The translations under genes and the position numbers were made by a program. A stretch of 63,437 nucleotides of DNA, filler included, from Octopus bimaculoides (Eukaryota), in NCBI RefSeq assembly GCF_001194135.2. It is 4 parts of 4 records of this genome, joined end to end, with 100 filler letters (N's around TTAATTAATTAA, not from the genome) between each part and the next. Parts side by side here need not be neighbours in the genome. Positions count along the whole stretch, not along the records: positions 11,459 to 33,731 come from NC_068996.1; 3 more parts are not named here. One strand, given 5' to 3'. This document shows, piece by piece, positions 11,991-25,530 of the stretch (positions within the stretch are counted from its first letter, which is position 1; each line of letters starts with the position of its first letter). Under the pieces are notes generated by a model. The model did no database searches. It was not told the origin of the DNA and worked only from the letters and a program-made list of their open reading frames with translations.

Positions 11991-12682
11991 AGCTGTTGTG
12001 GTAGCAGACCATGAAACATGGTTGAAATTTCTCCTATCACACCACCCCTACTCACATATCTCACACTCTTTTATTCTTTACCCTCTTGGCTCTTCCTCTC
12101 TCTCCCCTAACCTCTCCCTTCCGCCTATCACTTTATTCTGGCCACTAGCTAACACACCCTCTCTCATTTTGTTCTCTCTCCCTTCATTTCTTTTTTGTCT
12201 CCCTCCCTTTTGCTTCTTCTCTTTTTCTTCCCATTCTCTCTTCCCATTTTTAATTTGATCTATCTCCTATTTCTAATCATACACATCTCTCCTCCTTCTA
12301 TCTATCCATTAACACTACCAACACATTTTAATTCACACCAAAAAAAACCCTTTTAATAATTAACTAAATTGATTTGATTAAATTAAATTTGATTGGTTTT
12401 ATACTATAAGTGATGAATTGAAACAATCTTATGTCTTGTCAAAGCATTAATAAATTTTTATTAATCTTATCTCCATCTTCTCTCTTGGATATTTCTAAGC
12501 GGGTCTAATCTTGGATATTTCTATCCCTCTGAGTTATATATCCTCACTTGTACTTTAATATATATTATACAATAATTTATTGGTTTATTTATTTATTTAT
12601 TCATTTTCTTTATACTCTTATAGATAAATGGATGAATGGTAATAAATAAATTATTATATTATTCGGATTACACTGGTACAAG

Positions 12683-13801
12683 ATGGAGAATATTGAAGGT
12701 GGCATATCACTCAAGGATGTACCTATACCAATTGATAAGGAATTTATCAAAGACTTGATGTGCAAAACTAATGAATTCATCCAAAGGCTCAGATAGAGTG
12801 TGTACCATTATGATAGAAGGGATTCTACACATAGTTATTCTATGAATGAACATGATATTGAAGCTGATAATATAAAAAGGAATTTCAGAACTTGGAATCC
12901 CACCTGGAAGCAAATATCTGGAACAGTTTGAAAGTGAATTATGGAATACTATTAGGAATATTCAGTTTCAAAAACATCCACTATGGAGAAATGCTCACCA
13001 GAGAAAACTTATTAATATTGTTAAAAACTTTAGAAGTAAGGATGGAATTTTAGTCCAATCTGATTAAACTAATAATTTATACTATATGGATGTCTTCGTG
13101 TACCATGAACTTATAAAGAATGAGATCGCCAAAAACTATAGGATTGTAAGTAAAAATGAATTAAGAACTATTAACCTTGAAACCAAGAAAATCATGCACC
13201 AATTTCACATCCAGGATAAAACTGAACCTTTCGTACCCATGCAACCATGGATTACATTGAAGAACCATAAGGAAAACTTCTATATTGACCCTAAAATTAG
13301 ATTGATTTGCCCCGGTAGATCTGACTTAGATAAACGTAGTAAACTCATTTTAGATAAATATATACTAATAGCTAGGAACAAAATTAATCTTGAATTATGG
13401 TCTAACACCTACCAAGCTTTAAATTAGTTTAATAATATTAATATTAATATCAATAATATTACTGATAAGAATAAATTAAAATTTTTACAATTTGGTATTA
13501 ATAATTATTACTCCTCTATTAACCCTATAGTCCTTAATAAAGCACTCGTTTTTTAAAGGAATTTTACTAATATTAGCAAGGAGGAAATCAATGTTATATT
13601 AAATGCAAGGCAATCTTTGATTAGATTTGATAATAAATACTGGGCTCGTAAGGACACTTATAATAATTTTGATATTACTATGGGATCTGCCAATTCTGCT
13701 CAAGTCACTGACATAGTCAGAATTCATCTGCTATCCCAACTTAACTGTGAATTCCCTGAATTTATTGGAGGTATTTATCAAGATGATGCCCTTCTTGCTA
13801 T
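12683..13801 (+). mobile_element. Decayed Penelope-like element reverse transcriptase
   Basis: Motifs ISLKDVPIP..FIQRLR, ITLKNHKENF..RLICPGRSDL, FDITMGSANSAQV and GIYQDDALL, with stops and frameshifts. Homology ends at the LTR element boundary. Confidence 0.85.
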
Positions 13802-15839
13802 TGTAGATGACCGTGCGGCCAAGGAGAATGGTGATGAAAGAAAGGCTCCTTTTAGCGCGTCACATGGTCAACACAAATATATGAATAAGAACCCACAAGT
13901 GAATGTGATGAAGTGCCAACAAGAAAAAGAGAGAGACACAACCGGTAAAGATGTATAAAGAGAAAGGTTTTATTGGAGCATTAAACTGTATGTCTATGTG
14001 TGAGTGAATGCGACATGATAATAACACAATATAAGATAGGTCGTCATGTAAGCAAAAGAATGTGTGTATACAAACATGTATATGTGAGTGTGAGAGAATA
14101 CAGAGCATAGAGAGTCTATAAAATAGGGATGTTAAAAGTACTGAACACAAGGATGAGAAATACCAGTTCTTAGTCAAGGTACACAATAGTTGTCCACTAC
14201 CTGCTTGCTGTCTGTCTGATCTCTGCTGTATCTCAATGCTTTCTGTCATGTAATCAAGGTGTGCTAAATTTATAGTGTTGGATGGAATTGTCACTGGAGC
14301 CAGTTCTAGGTAAAGTTGTGATTGGTTAGATTTTTTTTATCGCGGGGTAATATTCTAGCAAATTGTGACATTGAGTGTAGTGATCTGATTGCTGAATATT
14401 TCTGCTACTTGACTTCCCTGCCAGTGAAAATGTCTGTTCATGGTGAAGTGAAGAAAATGATGATAATAGTGCAAGAATTGCTGATGTAAAGTGTTAGAAA
14501 AGTGTGAATGCATGACTAAAAATGTTAATTTAATGTTAGGCCAGAGTATGATTGTAGAAATACTAGGTAGGAAGATCTGGTGAGAATGCATGCATGTATA
14601 TGAGCCAGATGAGAGCATCTAAGTGTGTAACTGAGTGAGTGAGCAATTGAGTGAGTGACTTGTACATAGTCATGTGCATGGATACCAATGAGTTATTGTC
14701 ATATCTACCCATGGGCTGGTAGTTGCATATTCATGTGCATTTGTGTATTTGAATATATGCATTTGCATTGGATACCAGTAGGTTGGTATTGTGAATCTAT
14801 TCAACTATTCCTGAGCTTAGGAACATAAGCAACTGAAGTAGGGTTGTATCTTCTATCCATATTAATTTTATCTATGATGCTAGCAATGAATGTGTTTGCT
14901 AAGTGTCTATGTGTATGTTGTACAAGTGCTGGGTGCTTGTGTGCATGCTAGATGTGAATGTGTGCATGTCAAAATGTGTGCGATGTAAATGTGATCTGAT
15001 GTATGCATGTATGAGCAGAAAAAAGGAGAAAGCAGTATGAAATAACAATAAAAAATCTTGATGAAGAAAAGTCATTTTTTTGTACTGTACTGGAGAAAAC
15101 ACATGATTGTCACTGGAGCAGTGACAATCTTGTTACTGGAGCAGATTGAGGTATCACATGAAGAATATATTGATATTGATGATGTTGTAGATAGCATTCT
15201 GACATCTCAGTGGTGTTGCTGAAAAACATTTGATGTGCTGAGAAGAAGCGTGTTCAGGTCATGATCACCAGTATATCAGCAAAGGAAATGGTGGCAGTGT
15301 GGCAAGGCTACAAAGACGGGGAAAAGTCAATCAGAGAGTGAATTTGGAGTCATTGGCAAGTTGTTTCTAGGCTGTGTCATATTCTTCCTTTGGGGGTCAC
15401 CACTTGTGCAAAAAAGGACACTGATATCTAAGATTTATGATAAGCAAAATTTTTGTTCTTGGAAACTCAAAGAAAATGCCGTTGTTATTACAAATGACAA
15501 ACCATCAAGAAAGTTTGAATGTTATTGTTCTTGAAGTAATTGTAGTAGGAGTCACAACATGATTAGCTGGTGATGGTGTTGCTGTCATTATTTGCCACTG
15601 TTTAGCTGCTGTCAGCTAGGGCTATTCTTTGGTCACTGGTGCCTCTAAATGCTCCCTGTCAAGTAGTCAAAGTGTGTTAAATCTTTAGTGCTGGATAAGT
15701 TCAGAGAGAAGGGCATGGAAATATGGAATTGTTTCTGGAAGTCATGATTGGTTAGATATTTTTTTTTATCACATGGGTTACATTCTAGCAAATTGTGACA
15801 TTAAGTGTAGTGATCTAATTGCTGGATATTCCTGCTACA
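13802..15839 (-). mobile_element. Non-coding LTR retroelement with two divergent LTR-like ends
   Basis: Outer termini are TGTAG...CTACA. Blocks 14245-14409 and 15657-15839 are direct repeats. The minus strand shows GCACA-ag-TGGTGACCCC (PBS, 15393-15402) and a purine-rich GGCAGGGAAG before the second LTR. No gag/pol ORF and no matching TSD. Confidence 0.6.
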
Positions 15840-15959
15840 GACACAAGGGTGAATAGTTTTATCAATTGTTTATCATTATTTTTATTTAAATAAAGGGGAA
15901 ACATTGGTATTAACAGTTGTATGTTCCTTACTTTTGTAATTAATATTTCTGTTTAATAT

Positions 15960-18900
15960 TTTAAAAGATGAGAATAGACAGCAACACGAGACATGCAATG
16001 AAAAAACAAGAAATGAGTGGGAAAATAAAACCAACTCTCATTGGTTATGTAAACACTTTGGTTGAAAGAATCCAAATATTAGAAAAATGTTGAAAGAAGA
16101 AAAACTCATGTAAGAGATTTTGAAGTTAAAAGTGCAAATGAATCAAATGAATGAGGTTGTATCAGATGCAATTAAGAAAAAAACTTATATTGAAGCTATG
16201 ATTGAGGGCGAAAAACATTAACTAAAAAGATGTCATCCTTATCAATATTATTTATGAAAAATTCTGACAACACAGCCAAGGAAAAATGTCAAAGTTCCGA
16301 ATGGAACTATATTTGTAAATTTCTCTTCAGACAAAGATAGAGATAATGCTCTTGATGCATCCACAAAAGATCAGTTCTCTAAAAGATACAGAAAAACTTT
16401 GACCGAAATTGATGTTACACCACTTTGATCCTGATGTCACAAAGGAAAACATTATAAGTATGATATGAGAAAAAAAAACCATGATCTGGTTGAATTAAGG
16501 ACAGATAAGGAGCATCCCCCTTCAAATCATACATTCAAGACAAAATCAGAGTTATTGTGTTCTTAAATGTTCAGCAAAGCTTGCAAACCAAATAATGTAA
16601 AATGGTAGGATCTTTATTGGTTTGGGAAGTTACTATATTATTATGTTTTACAATGGCACAAAGCCAACAATTCAGTCGTTACTCATCTATTTGCAAGAAC
16701 AATGATATATGTGGTCATCGTGCAAAGACAACACCTTTCTACAGTGTGTGCTAACAAACAAAAGTCAATCTGTATAAATTACCATAAACTATACAAAAAT
16801 TTCGATCACACTTCTCACAATTCAAAATGTCCATCTTATGTTACCAAAATAGAGAGAGTTAAGCATAACGCAGAAACATGAATAGGGATGTACTTGACGT
16901 TATTCATGATATTTACAATTCTGATCAATAAAAAGACAAATGTGAAGAATATTTAATCGATAAGTTCAATAATAAATTCAGTTTCAAATGCACAGTTTTT
17001 TCTGTTTCACATATCAACATTTTGCAGCCTGATTGCAAATTATGATGTGCTAAATTTTTTGATCAAAACCTTAAAAATTCAATATTCAGTTATTTGTGTT
17101 ACAGAGATGTGGACAAGAAAAAAAATCACAATGAAAATATTTTCAATATTAACAGGTACAAACTCTTCGCAAATCTAGACTATGAAGGAGGGAGAGTAGG
17201 AATTTATATTTGTAACAAAATTGATGATATTAGAATATCCAAAGACTGGCTTTTGAGTCATCATGCAACTTTGCCTTTAGAGATGTTACATGAAAAGTTT
17301 GGGATCAACAAGAGAGTTATTGTTGGATCAATTCATAGATCCCCAGACAAAAGTTTAAATGATTTTCTCATTAAATTTAATTCCATTTTACACAAAATAG
17401 CAATGAAATACAAGCCTTGTTTCATTACTGGTGATTATAACATAAATCTGGCAGATGACAATATAAATAATGTTGGTATTAAATATCAGCATTTGGAAGC
17501 ATTGAAGAGTAATCTATTCTTCCCTCAAATATGTAGTGATCTAAGAACACAAGAAAATTAAAATAGCAGTATGTAATAGACAACATTTTCGGCAATGATT
17601 TATTTAACCTTGAGGTACGATTATTTTTGAAGCATCTGACTACATTCTGATATTCTCAATAACTAGTAATGGGCAATCAGAAGATAATGGTACAAACAAG
17701 AAATATATTTATATATAAATAAATAGATAATGATTGTAAGAGTAGGTTCAGAGAATTCAAAAAACAATATGACTTTGGCTTTGTTAATAGTTGTTTTGAT
17801 CCAGATGTAAATTATATTGAATTTATAAAAGTAATAAGATTGGCAATTGATTCCTGTTTCCAAACTAAGAAGCTGTTTCTAGCGAAAAATAGGGAACTTA
17901 CCCTGGTGATCAATAAAGTTCAAAAATCATCTTTACAGAAACTATTATCAGAGAAAATTTGAGAACATAATTATTATAAGAGTTGTGATAAAATACTCAA
18001 AGTTACTTAAGAATGGCTAAAAATCAGTACTACACAAATTTATTAGAGAAAAGCTCTAAAATTATTGGGAAACTTTAAATTATTTAAGAAATAAAACTAG
18101 AGTAGAAATAACCAATGCATTCAATAATTATATTATAATGGCAAGAGAAAAGTTAGAAAAATAATTTCCTATTCCTAAAGGGAACCAGAACTCGTTCAGC
18201 TCTATGACAGCAGTGCACTCATATGTCCCCTATTGATGAAGCTGAAGTGGAATCATTAAGAACAAAAAAATAGCATCAGCCAGTATTGATGGTATTTCCA
18301 GAAATATATATAACATTCAATCTTATTATCAACCCATTAACTAAAATTTTTAAGCAATGTATCAAAATCAGTAAATTTCCTCAAGAAATGGAAAATGCAA
18401 AAATAATTCCTGTTTTTAAAAAGAAAAATGAAAATGTCATCTTAAAGTACAAACCCATTTCAATATTATCATACTTCTTGAGAAAATAATTGAGAAATGA
18501 CTTATGAAGTATCTTGACAATAACAATAAATGGGTTCAAAATTGGTAAAAAAAAAAAAAAAAAAAAAAAGAGCATCTTAAACAGAAAACCAATTTGGTTT
18601 TAGGAAAGGTTCTAACACTGAATTAGCATTAGGATGTTTGATGAACAATTTATACAAATCTACTGAGAAAAATGAGTTTAACCTTGGCATCTTCATGGAT
18701 ATGAGCAAAGCTTTTGATACAATTAGTCATGATATTTTGTTACAAAAATTGAAATAAGAGGAAGGTAATTGGATTTATTCAGAGGCTATCTACAAAACAG
18801 AAAGCAATATGTATCTTTTAGGGAAGAAATGTTGTCAGTTGGCAACATAAGTATTGGGATACCACAACGCTGTCTGTAATATATGTAAATGACCTGCCCA

Positions 18901-19900
18901 ATGCCATTATCAATGAAAAGTGTAAAATGTTAATGTTTTCAGAAAATACCAGTGTTTATGTGAGAAGAAACTCTTTGGAAGAAATCACTGGAATTATGAA
19001 TAATGAATTGAATAATATCACACGGTGGTTTATCATAAATAGATTTTTCTTGAATGCTTGTAAAACTAATTGCATTGTATTCAAACCCATATGTAAAAAA
19101 GTCCCAGAGATGCTCAATGGATTGATGATGAATAATTCTGTTCTTTAGAGGGCAGACTGTGTTAAGCTTTTGGGTATAACAATAAATGAAGATCTAAACT
19201 AGAAAAATCATATAGGGGATATCAATATAAGATTGTTCTGTCTCATGGGTATTGCGTTCACGATTAGACTTCATGTAAATTATAGAGCACTACTTTCTCT
19301 TTATAGGCCAGTAATATATCTGACATTGATTTATTCAAATGTGTTATGATGCTATAAATGCAATTATTTTTTATAAACAAAATTTTATTTATCAAAAATG
19401 TTCTTGAGAATATTGGAAAAAGCACATCATTTAGCACATACCAGTCCTCTTTTTAAAAAATACAAGATTTCAAATATCTTCCAAGTCAGTAGGAAAAGGT
19501 TATTATTATTTGCTCATAAACGTCAATTTGATATGTATATACCTTTCTTATTGAGGAAGATGACCAACTTTGAAGTGAATGGTAGGAAATTAGAAATCAG
19601 AACAAAATATTCATTGATAGGATTAGTCTAAATAGATCAGAGAACATGTCAGATTTTGCTGTATGTTCAACATACAATGGTTCACCTGATGATATCAAAG
19701 CCACATAAAATATCAATATTTTAAAGTGAAAGCTAGGACAGCTTATTGATAATGAGACTGAGAATGCAGAGTAAGGTTAAAACTTGTTGATCCCACCTTG
19801 ACATTGATGATTTTCTTTGACCATGTACCATCCTTACATCCTCTATTATTAATCTCTTATTGATTAGATTGAACCTTATTCCCTAGACTCAGGTATCGAT
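15960..19900 (+). mobile_element. Near full-length degenerate L2/CR1-group LINE (ORF1 with Cys/His knuckles, APE, RT)
   Basis: ORF1 remnant ..ICKNNDICGH..SICINYHK..HNSKCPSY. APE motifs GGRVGIYI, VGSIHRSPD and ITGDYNINL. RT motifs GFRKGSNTELAL and GIFMDMSKAFDTISHDILLQKL. C-terminal AHTSPLFK. Many stops. Confidence 0.85.
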
Positions 19901-20313
19901 AACATGACAATTAGATTATTTATTTATATTCACAAAATATCTTATGATATGAGTTGTACTCATGGTTGTCTCTGGCCAATAGGCTGTACACCAGTAGACA
20001 TTTCTTCTGAGGTACATTATAGCTTTATAGCCTAACTAGAAAACTATAGTGTAGTGTCTAGAGGGCAGCTGATTTCCACAACAGAACTCATCTTTTACTT
20101 ATGGTCCTACATTTCTGGCCAGTTGTGTTTTAACTTGTTGACTGTTTTAATTTCTAAGTTCCACCAATATTCTTTTAACCCATCAATTTCAATATCATCA
20201 ATGTATGTCTGAATGAATGTGGGTATGTATATATGTGTGTGTGTGTGTGCATGCATACAAATGAAAGAATGTATGTATGTATGTATGTATTATTATTATT
20301 ATTAGCAGTATCA

Positions 20314-20468
20314 TCATTTAACATCTGTTTTCCATTTCGACATAGGTCAGACATTTTGACAGGATCCCGCAAACTGCAGTGCTGCACTGAGTTCTATTGC
20401 CATCTTTGGCATGGTTTCTACAGTTGGAGGCCCTTCCTAATACCAACCACTTTACAATGTTTACTGGC
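20314..20468 (-). mobile_element. Short element sharing the RTE 3' tail (RTE-dependent SINE or truncated LINE)
   Basis: ggtttctacagttggaggcccttcctaataccaacca is the reverse of the conserved RTE 3' motif. Related pieces lie at about 8570-8780, 38150-38300, 45230-45380, 49780-49900 and 54880-55050. Confidence 0.65.
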
Positions 20469-21606
20469 TAGTTTTTGAGTAAAAGGCAGACTGTATGACG
20501 CATGTGTACGAACAGCCATGCTACATGGCAGTGAAACATGGGCTGTGACTGCTGAGGACATGCGTAAGCTCACAAGGAATGAAGCCAGTATGCTCCGATA
20601 GATGAGTAATGTCAGTGTGCATACCCGACAGAGTGTAAGTATCTTGAGAGAAAAGTTGAACATAAGAAGCATCAGTTGTGGTGTGCAAGAGAGACGATTG
20701 CGCTGGTATGGTCACGTGGTGAGAATGGATGAGGATAGCTGTGTGAAAAAGTGCCACACCCTAGCGGTTGAGGGAACCTGTGAAAGAGGCAGGCCTAGGA
20801 AGACCTGGGCTGAGGTGGTGAAGCACGACCTCCAAACATTAGGTCTCACTGAGGCAATGACTTGCGACCGTGACCTTTGGAAATATGTTGTGTGTGAGAA
20901 GATCCAGCAAGCCAAGTGAGACCAAAATCCAAGGCCTCTGCCAGGGATGTAGCCAGCCCACTTACGCATAACATTCCTTCATTGGACTCTAAACTCCACT
21001 TGCGAAGACATGGTGAGGCAAGTGAAATCGAAATCGAACTAAATTTGTAGGAACACTAAACTTGGCTTGCGAAGATCTGTTGGGGCAAGTGAAAGCAAAA
21101 TCGTGATGGCACCTGTACCAGTGGAGCACGATTGTTGACAGAGCAGCTGCCTGGCTTCTGTGCCAGTGGCACGTAAATAGTACCAGCGTGATCATTACCA
21201 ATGTCGCCTTCCTGGCACTTGTGCCAGTGGCATGTGAAAAGACATCCAAGTGAGATCATTGCCAGTGCCGATGGACAGGCTCCTGTGCAGGTGACATGTA
21301 AGATACACCATTTCAAGCGTGGTCGTTGCCAGTAAGACATTCGAGTGAGATCGTTGCCAGTGCCGATGGACTGCTTCCTGTGCACGTGGCACGTAAAATA
21401 AACCAGTACCCGCCTGACTGGCCCTCGTGCTGGTGGTACGTAAAAGCACCCACTACACTCTCGGAGTGGTTGGCATTAGGAAAGGCATCCAACTGTAGAA
21501 ACTCTGCCAAATCAGATTGGAGCCTGGTGTCGTCTCCTAGTCCACCAGTCCTCAGTCAAATCGTCCAACCCATGCTAGCATGGAAAGCGGACGTTAAACG
21601 ATGATG
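20469..21606 (+). mobile_element. 5'-truncated RTE-clade LINE (C-terminal ORF and 3' UTR)
   Basis: YSRTAMLHGSETW..ERRLRWYGHVVRMDE..RGRPRKTW, followed by a repeat-rich 3' UTR and a GATGATGA tail. Confidence 0.9.
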
Positions 21607-21739
21607 AAGGTATTTAATATATCCATATTCATCTTTGTTGTTAAAGTCCATCAAATGCATGCCACTGACAGTTATTTCTCTCAACTCATTTTTGTTTCTT
21701 AATGTTTGAGTGTGTGTACATACTAAAGAATAGAAATAC

Positions 21740-22692
21740 ACTGATAAATGGAAGTTTTATTATTTAATATGGAGTTTACCTTTGGCTTCAATTATAACTT
21801 TAAATGTTGAGGAATTGATTTATACAGGCTCTGAACATATGTTAAAGGAATTTTGAACCATTCTTCAGATAAAAACCTTCTTTAGGTCTTCCTGCAAAGA
21901 TGGAAGAGGGAAGCAACTCCTCACTTGTTGCTCCAAAGTGCACCATAAATGTTTGATTGTATTGAGATATGGTCCAAGAGAATTCCACGGTTGCCTAAAT
22001 CATCACAGAGCCACTTCTATGCTTCATGGTAATAGCCAAACAGTCAGGGCTGATAGCTTCTGCAGGGGGAAAATGAGTGAATGATGATCTATCAAAAAAA
22101 TTAAATTGCTCCATTGAGCCATTGATGGTCTAAACATCATTTTTTCCATTATAAGTGTCAATATAATGTAGAAGAGGCTTAGCAATTGCAACTCGCCAAC
22201 GTAGCATCCAGCTCTCAACAAAGAGTTTTAGATGACACGGGATTAGCAAGGCTATATTTTTGCTGTCATAGTTCAATGGTTTTTAGACACAATGCATTTC
22301 ACTATTATGCAGTTCCTCTTTGAGCTTTGCCTTCTGTTCCGAGCTATACATGCCAGAGCTGGTTTTACCTTGGATTTAGAATGCCAGCATAATTTTATAG
22401 ACTGTACATCTCAAAATTAACAATTCAGTAGTTTTAATGCCTGAAATTCTAGCCTTCCATGCTCCAACAATTTGTCCTCTATGAAAATCAGATAGGTTAT
22501 GTATTTTAACTTATTTAAACGTAAATATCTGAAAAAAGAAAAAAAAGCAGAGGATTATATTACAAAGTACAAGGTATACATAATGTATATGAACACATAA
22601 CCAGACTTGAACAGTTTTCAATTTCTTATATTGTCAATATAAAAAATAGTTAAATAAAAAGTGGTATTTCCATTATTTTGTCCAACTCCTAT
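21740..22692 (-). mobile_element. Tc1-family transposon remnant
   Basis: Minus strand gives LSDFHRGQIVGAWKA (N-terminus) and PYLNTIKHLWCTLEQQVRS..VIIEAKG (C-terminus). A TIR-like taggagttggacaaaataatggaaatacc lies at 22663-22691. Confidence 0.8.
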
Positions 22693-22789
22693 ACATTTAC
22701 TTGTATATACATATTCATATATGGATGTACATGTGTGTATGTATATTCACATCCGACAATAGAGAGCAGTCGTCATTTTGGCTAATTCT

Positions 22790-23500
22790 GATGAGAGAGA
22801 GGACAGAAGGGGAGAGAGAGAGACATAAAGAGAGAGAGAAAGAAAGAGAGACAAAGAGAGACAGGAAGAGAGGGTGACGGATGATGGAAGGTGAGAGACA
22901 TAAAGAGAGAGAGGGAAAGAGAAAGAAAGAAAGGAAGAAAGAGAGAGAAAGAAAGAGAGAGGAAAAGGAGGAATGAGAGATAGAGAGAGAGAAAAGGGAG
23001 AAAGGAAGGGAGAAAGAAAGAGAGAGAAATAGACAGATAGAGAGATAGAGAGAGAAAGAGAGATAGAGAAACAGAAAGAGACAGAGAGAGACAGAAAGAG
23101 AGATAGAGAGAGACAGAAAGAGAGGATACTGAAACATGAATATATACACACGTGTGTGTGTGTGTTCTTTTAGTCTTGCTTCAGTATTTTGACAAAGAAA
23201 TGTAACGTTTGATGTGTGTGTGGGTGTGTGTGTGGTCTTTTAATGATGGAAAGAGAGAGAAAAAAACAATGAAAGAGAGACAAAGAAAGAAAGAAGGAGG
23301 GGAGAAAGAAAGAGAGAGAGAAAGGGAGAAAAGGAGAAAGAGAAGGAAAAAGAGAAAGAAAGAGAGAGAAAATAGACAGACAGGGAAGAAAGCTGGTTTC
23401 AGTTTCACTTTGAAGTTTGCAGGACTAAGAAAGAGACAGGTAGGCAGGCAGACAGAGAATATACAGGGAGAAAGAGAAAAGGGGAGACATAGATAGAAAA
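22790..23500. repeat. Long degenerate (AG)n/(AGAC)n purine tract
   Basis: Directly visible low-complexity sequence. Confidence 0.9.
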
Positions 23501-24231
23501 TCATAGAGAGATGATGTCTGGTTTTAATTTCATTTTGTGGAACAAACAGACAGAATCTTTGTTTTATATATATAGATATATAAATATATATATATATGTA
23601 TATATATGTATGTAGAGAGAGAGAAAGAATGAGGAAAATCAGTGCTCAACACTGCATTAGTGGATATAATTTCTTTATTTGTGAATTAAGTCTACCATTG
23701 ATTTCTTGTTAAGAAAAGTAGAAAAGTATCCTAGTGTCTTAACAATTTTTCAAGCCAATCACATGGAGAAAGGTGTTTGCCTCCTTTTTGGAAAACAATC
23801 TTGTTTCATTCATGAGAGTTCTCATAAATTTGCATAGATAAAACAATGAATTAATGAATCAAAGGATGTTACTCTTGGGTGGCATTTTTTGGATGTTTGT
23901 CTCCCTTGGATTTGTCATTTGGGTAAAATTTTTTGTGTGATCAATTTGTTTACAATATTTTGTTTTTGTTCTGGGCATGGTGTTCTTATACTTGTGTGCT
24001 GAGGTAGTTCGTCATTGGGGCATATTTCTTCTTTGTGTGAAGTTTGTGTGCTTTGTGTGCTCACATTTAGGAAAAGGGCTATCCTGGTGTAGGATTACCC
24101 TCATGGATAGGGGTTCTCCTTTGAAATATTTGAGTGTAAAAATATTGCTTGTGTATGCAGGGAGACAAGGTTTCATCCTCAATGTTTAGTATATATATAC
24201 ATACATATATACATATATACATATATGTATG

Positions 24232-24262
<31 letters not shown>

Positions 24263-25019
24263 NNNNNNNNNNNNNNNNNNNNNNNNNNNNNNNNNNNNNN
24301 NNNNNNNNNNNNNNNNNNNNNNNNNNNNNNNNNNNNNNNNNNNNNNNNNNNNNNNNNNNNNNNNNNNNNNNNNNNNNNNNNNNNNNNNNNNNNNNNNNNN
24401 NNNNNNNNNNNNNNNNNNNNNNNNNNNNNNNNNNNNNNNNNNNNNNNNNNNNNNNNNNNNNNNNNNNNNNNNNNNNNNNNNNNNNNNNNNNNNNNNNNNN
24501 NNNNNNNNNNNNNNNNNNNNNNNNNNNNNNNNNNNNNNNNNNNNNNNNNNNNNNNNNNNNNNNNNNNNNNNNNNNNNNNNNNNNNNNNNNNNNNNNNNNN
24601 NNNNNNNNNNNNNNNNNNNNNNNNNNNNNNNNNNNNNNNNNNNNNNNNNNNNNNNNNNNNNNNNNNNNNNNNNNNNNNNNNNNNNNNNNNNNNNNNNNNN
24701 NNNNNNNNNNNNNNNNNNNNNNNNNNNNNNNNNNNNNNNNNNNNNNNNNNNNNNNNNNNNNNNNNNNNNNNNNNNNNNNNNNNNNNNNNNNNNNNNNNNN
24801 TTTTTATACTTCTTTCCTTTTTCAAAATTAAGATAAACAATGTACTTTTTTAATCTAAAATTTACTCTCTTTTATTTTCTATAATCAGGTAGACTTGAAA
24901 AGTCCCTCTTCCAAAATTTACTTGTCCATGATGAAAGATACTCCTCTAATATTGTTTTGATGTGACAGCAAAGAAGAGCACACATTCACTCTCTGCGTGC
25001 GATTAGACTCAGAAAAGTT

Positions 25020-25530
25020 TGTGAGGAACCCATTGACCCAATTTGCTGACTTTTTCTGATGACGCACAGATGTTGATGAATGGTTGAATGACCAAATCCA
25101 AGCTTTTCTGTTAGTTCTTCAACAGTTACAATGGGATTTTGTTCCACCAGGGTTTGCAGGATGTTCTCGTCAAGCTCTAGAGATCTTCCAGGATGAAGCT
25201 TGTCTTTTAGGCTGTAGTTTCTGGCTCAAAATTTCTGAAACCACTGTTGAAACTGGCTTACACTTATTGTCTGGTCCTCATATACTGCATTAATATTCCT
25301 TGTACTTTCTGTTATGTTGTTGCTTTTATTTAACTCATAAAGCAAAATATGTTGAATATGCTCCTTTGTCACTTCCATTGTAGCTTTGAAGAAATAGCTG
25401 TTAAAATGAAACTGCACTTTTCAAAACTTGCACTAAGAATAAGGACAAGGTAAAATTACTGTCTGCTTTTATTGCAAGTTGATGCAGGTTGTTTATTCTG
25501 TCCTCCTCCAACTTTTAGTTCATGCAATTG
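25020..25530 (-). mobile_element. mariner transposon 5' fragment
   Basis: MEVTKEHIQHILLYEL..QQWFQKF..GRSLELDENILQTLVEQNP..SKLGQWVPHKL (mariner WVPHEL motif). Confidence 0.9.

Noticed and set aside
24079-24853. Long ORFs of 200-330 aa in the track (also 29582-30746 and 52761-53607)
   Set aside because: They are open only because they run through N-gaps.
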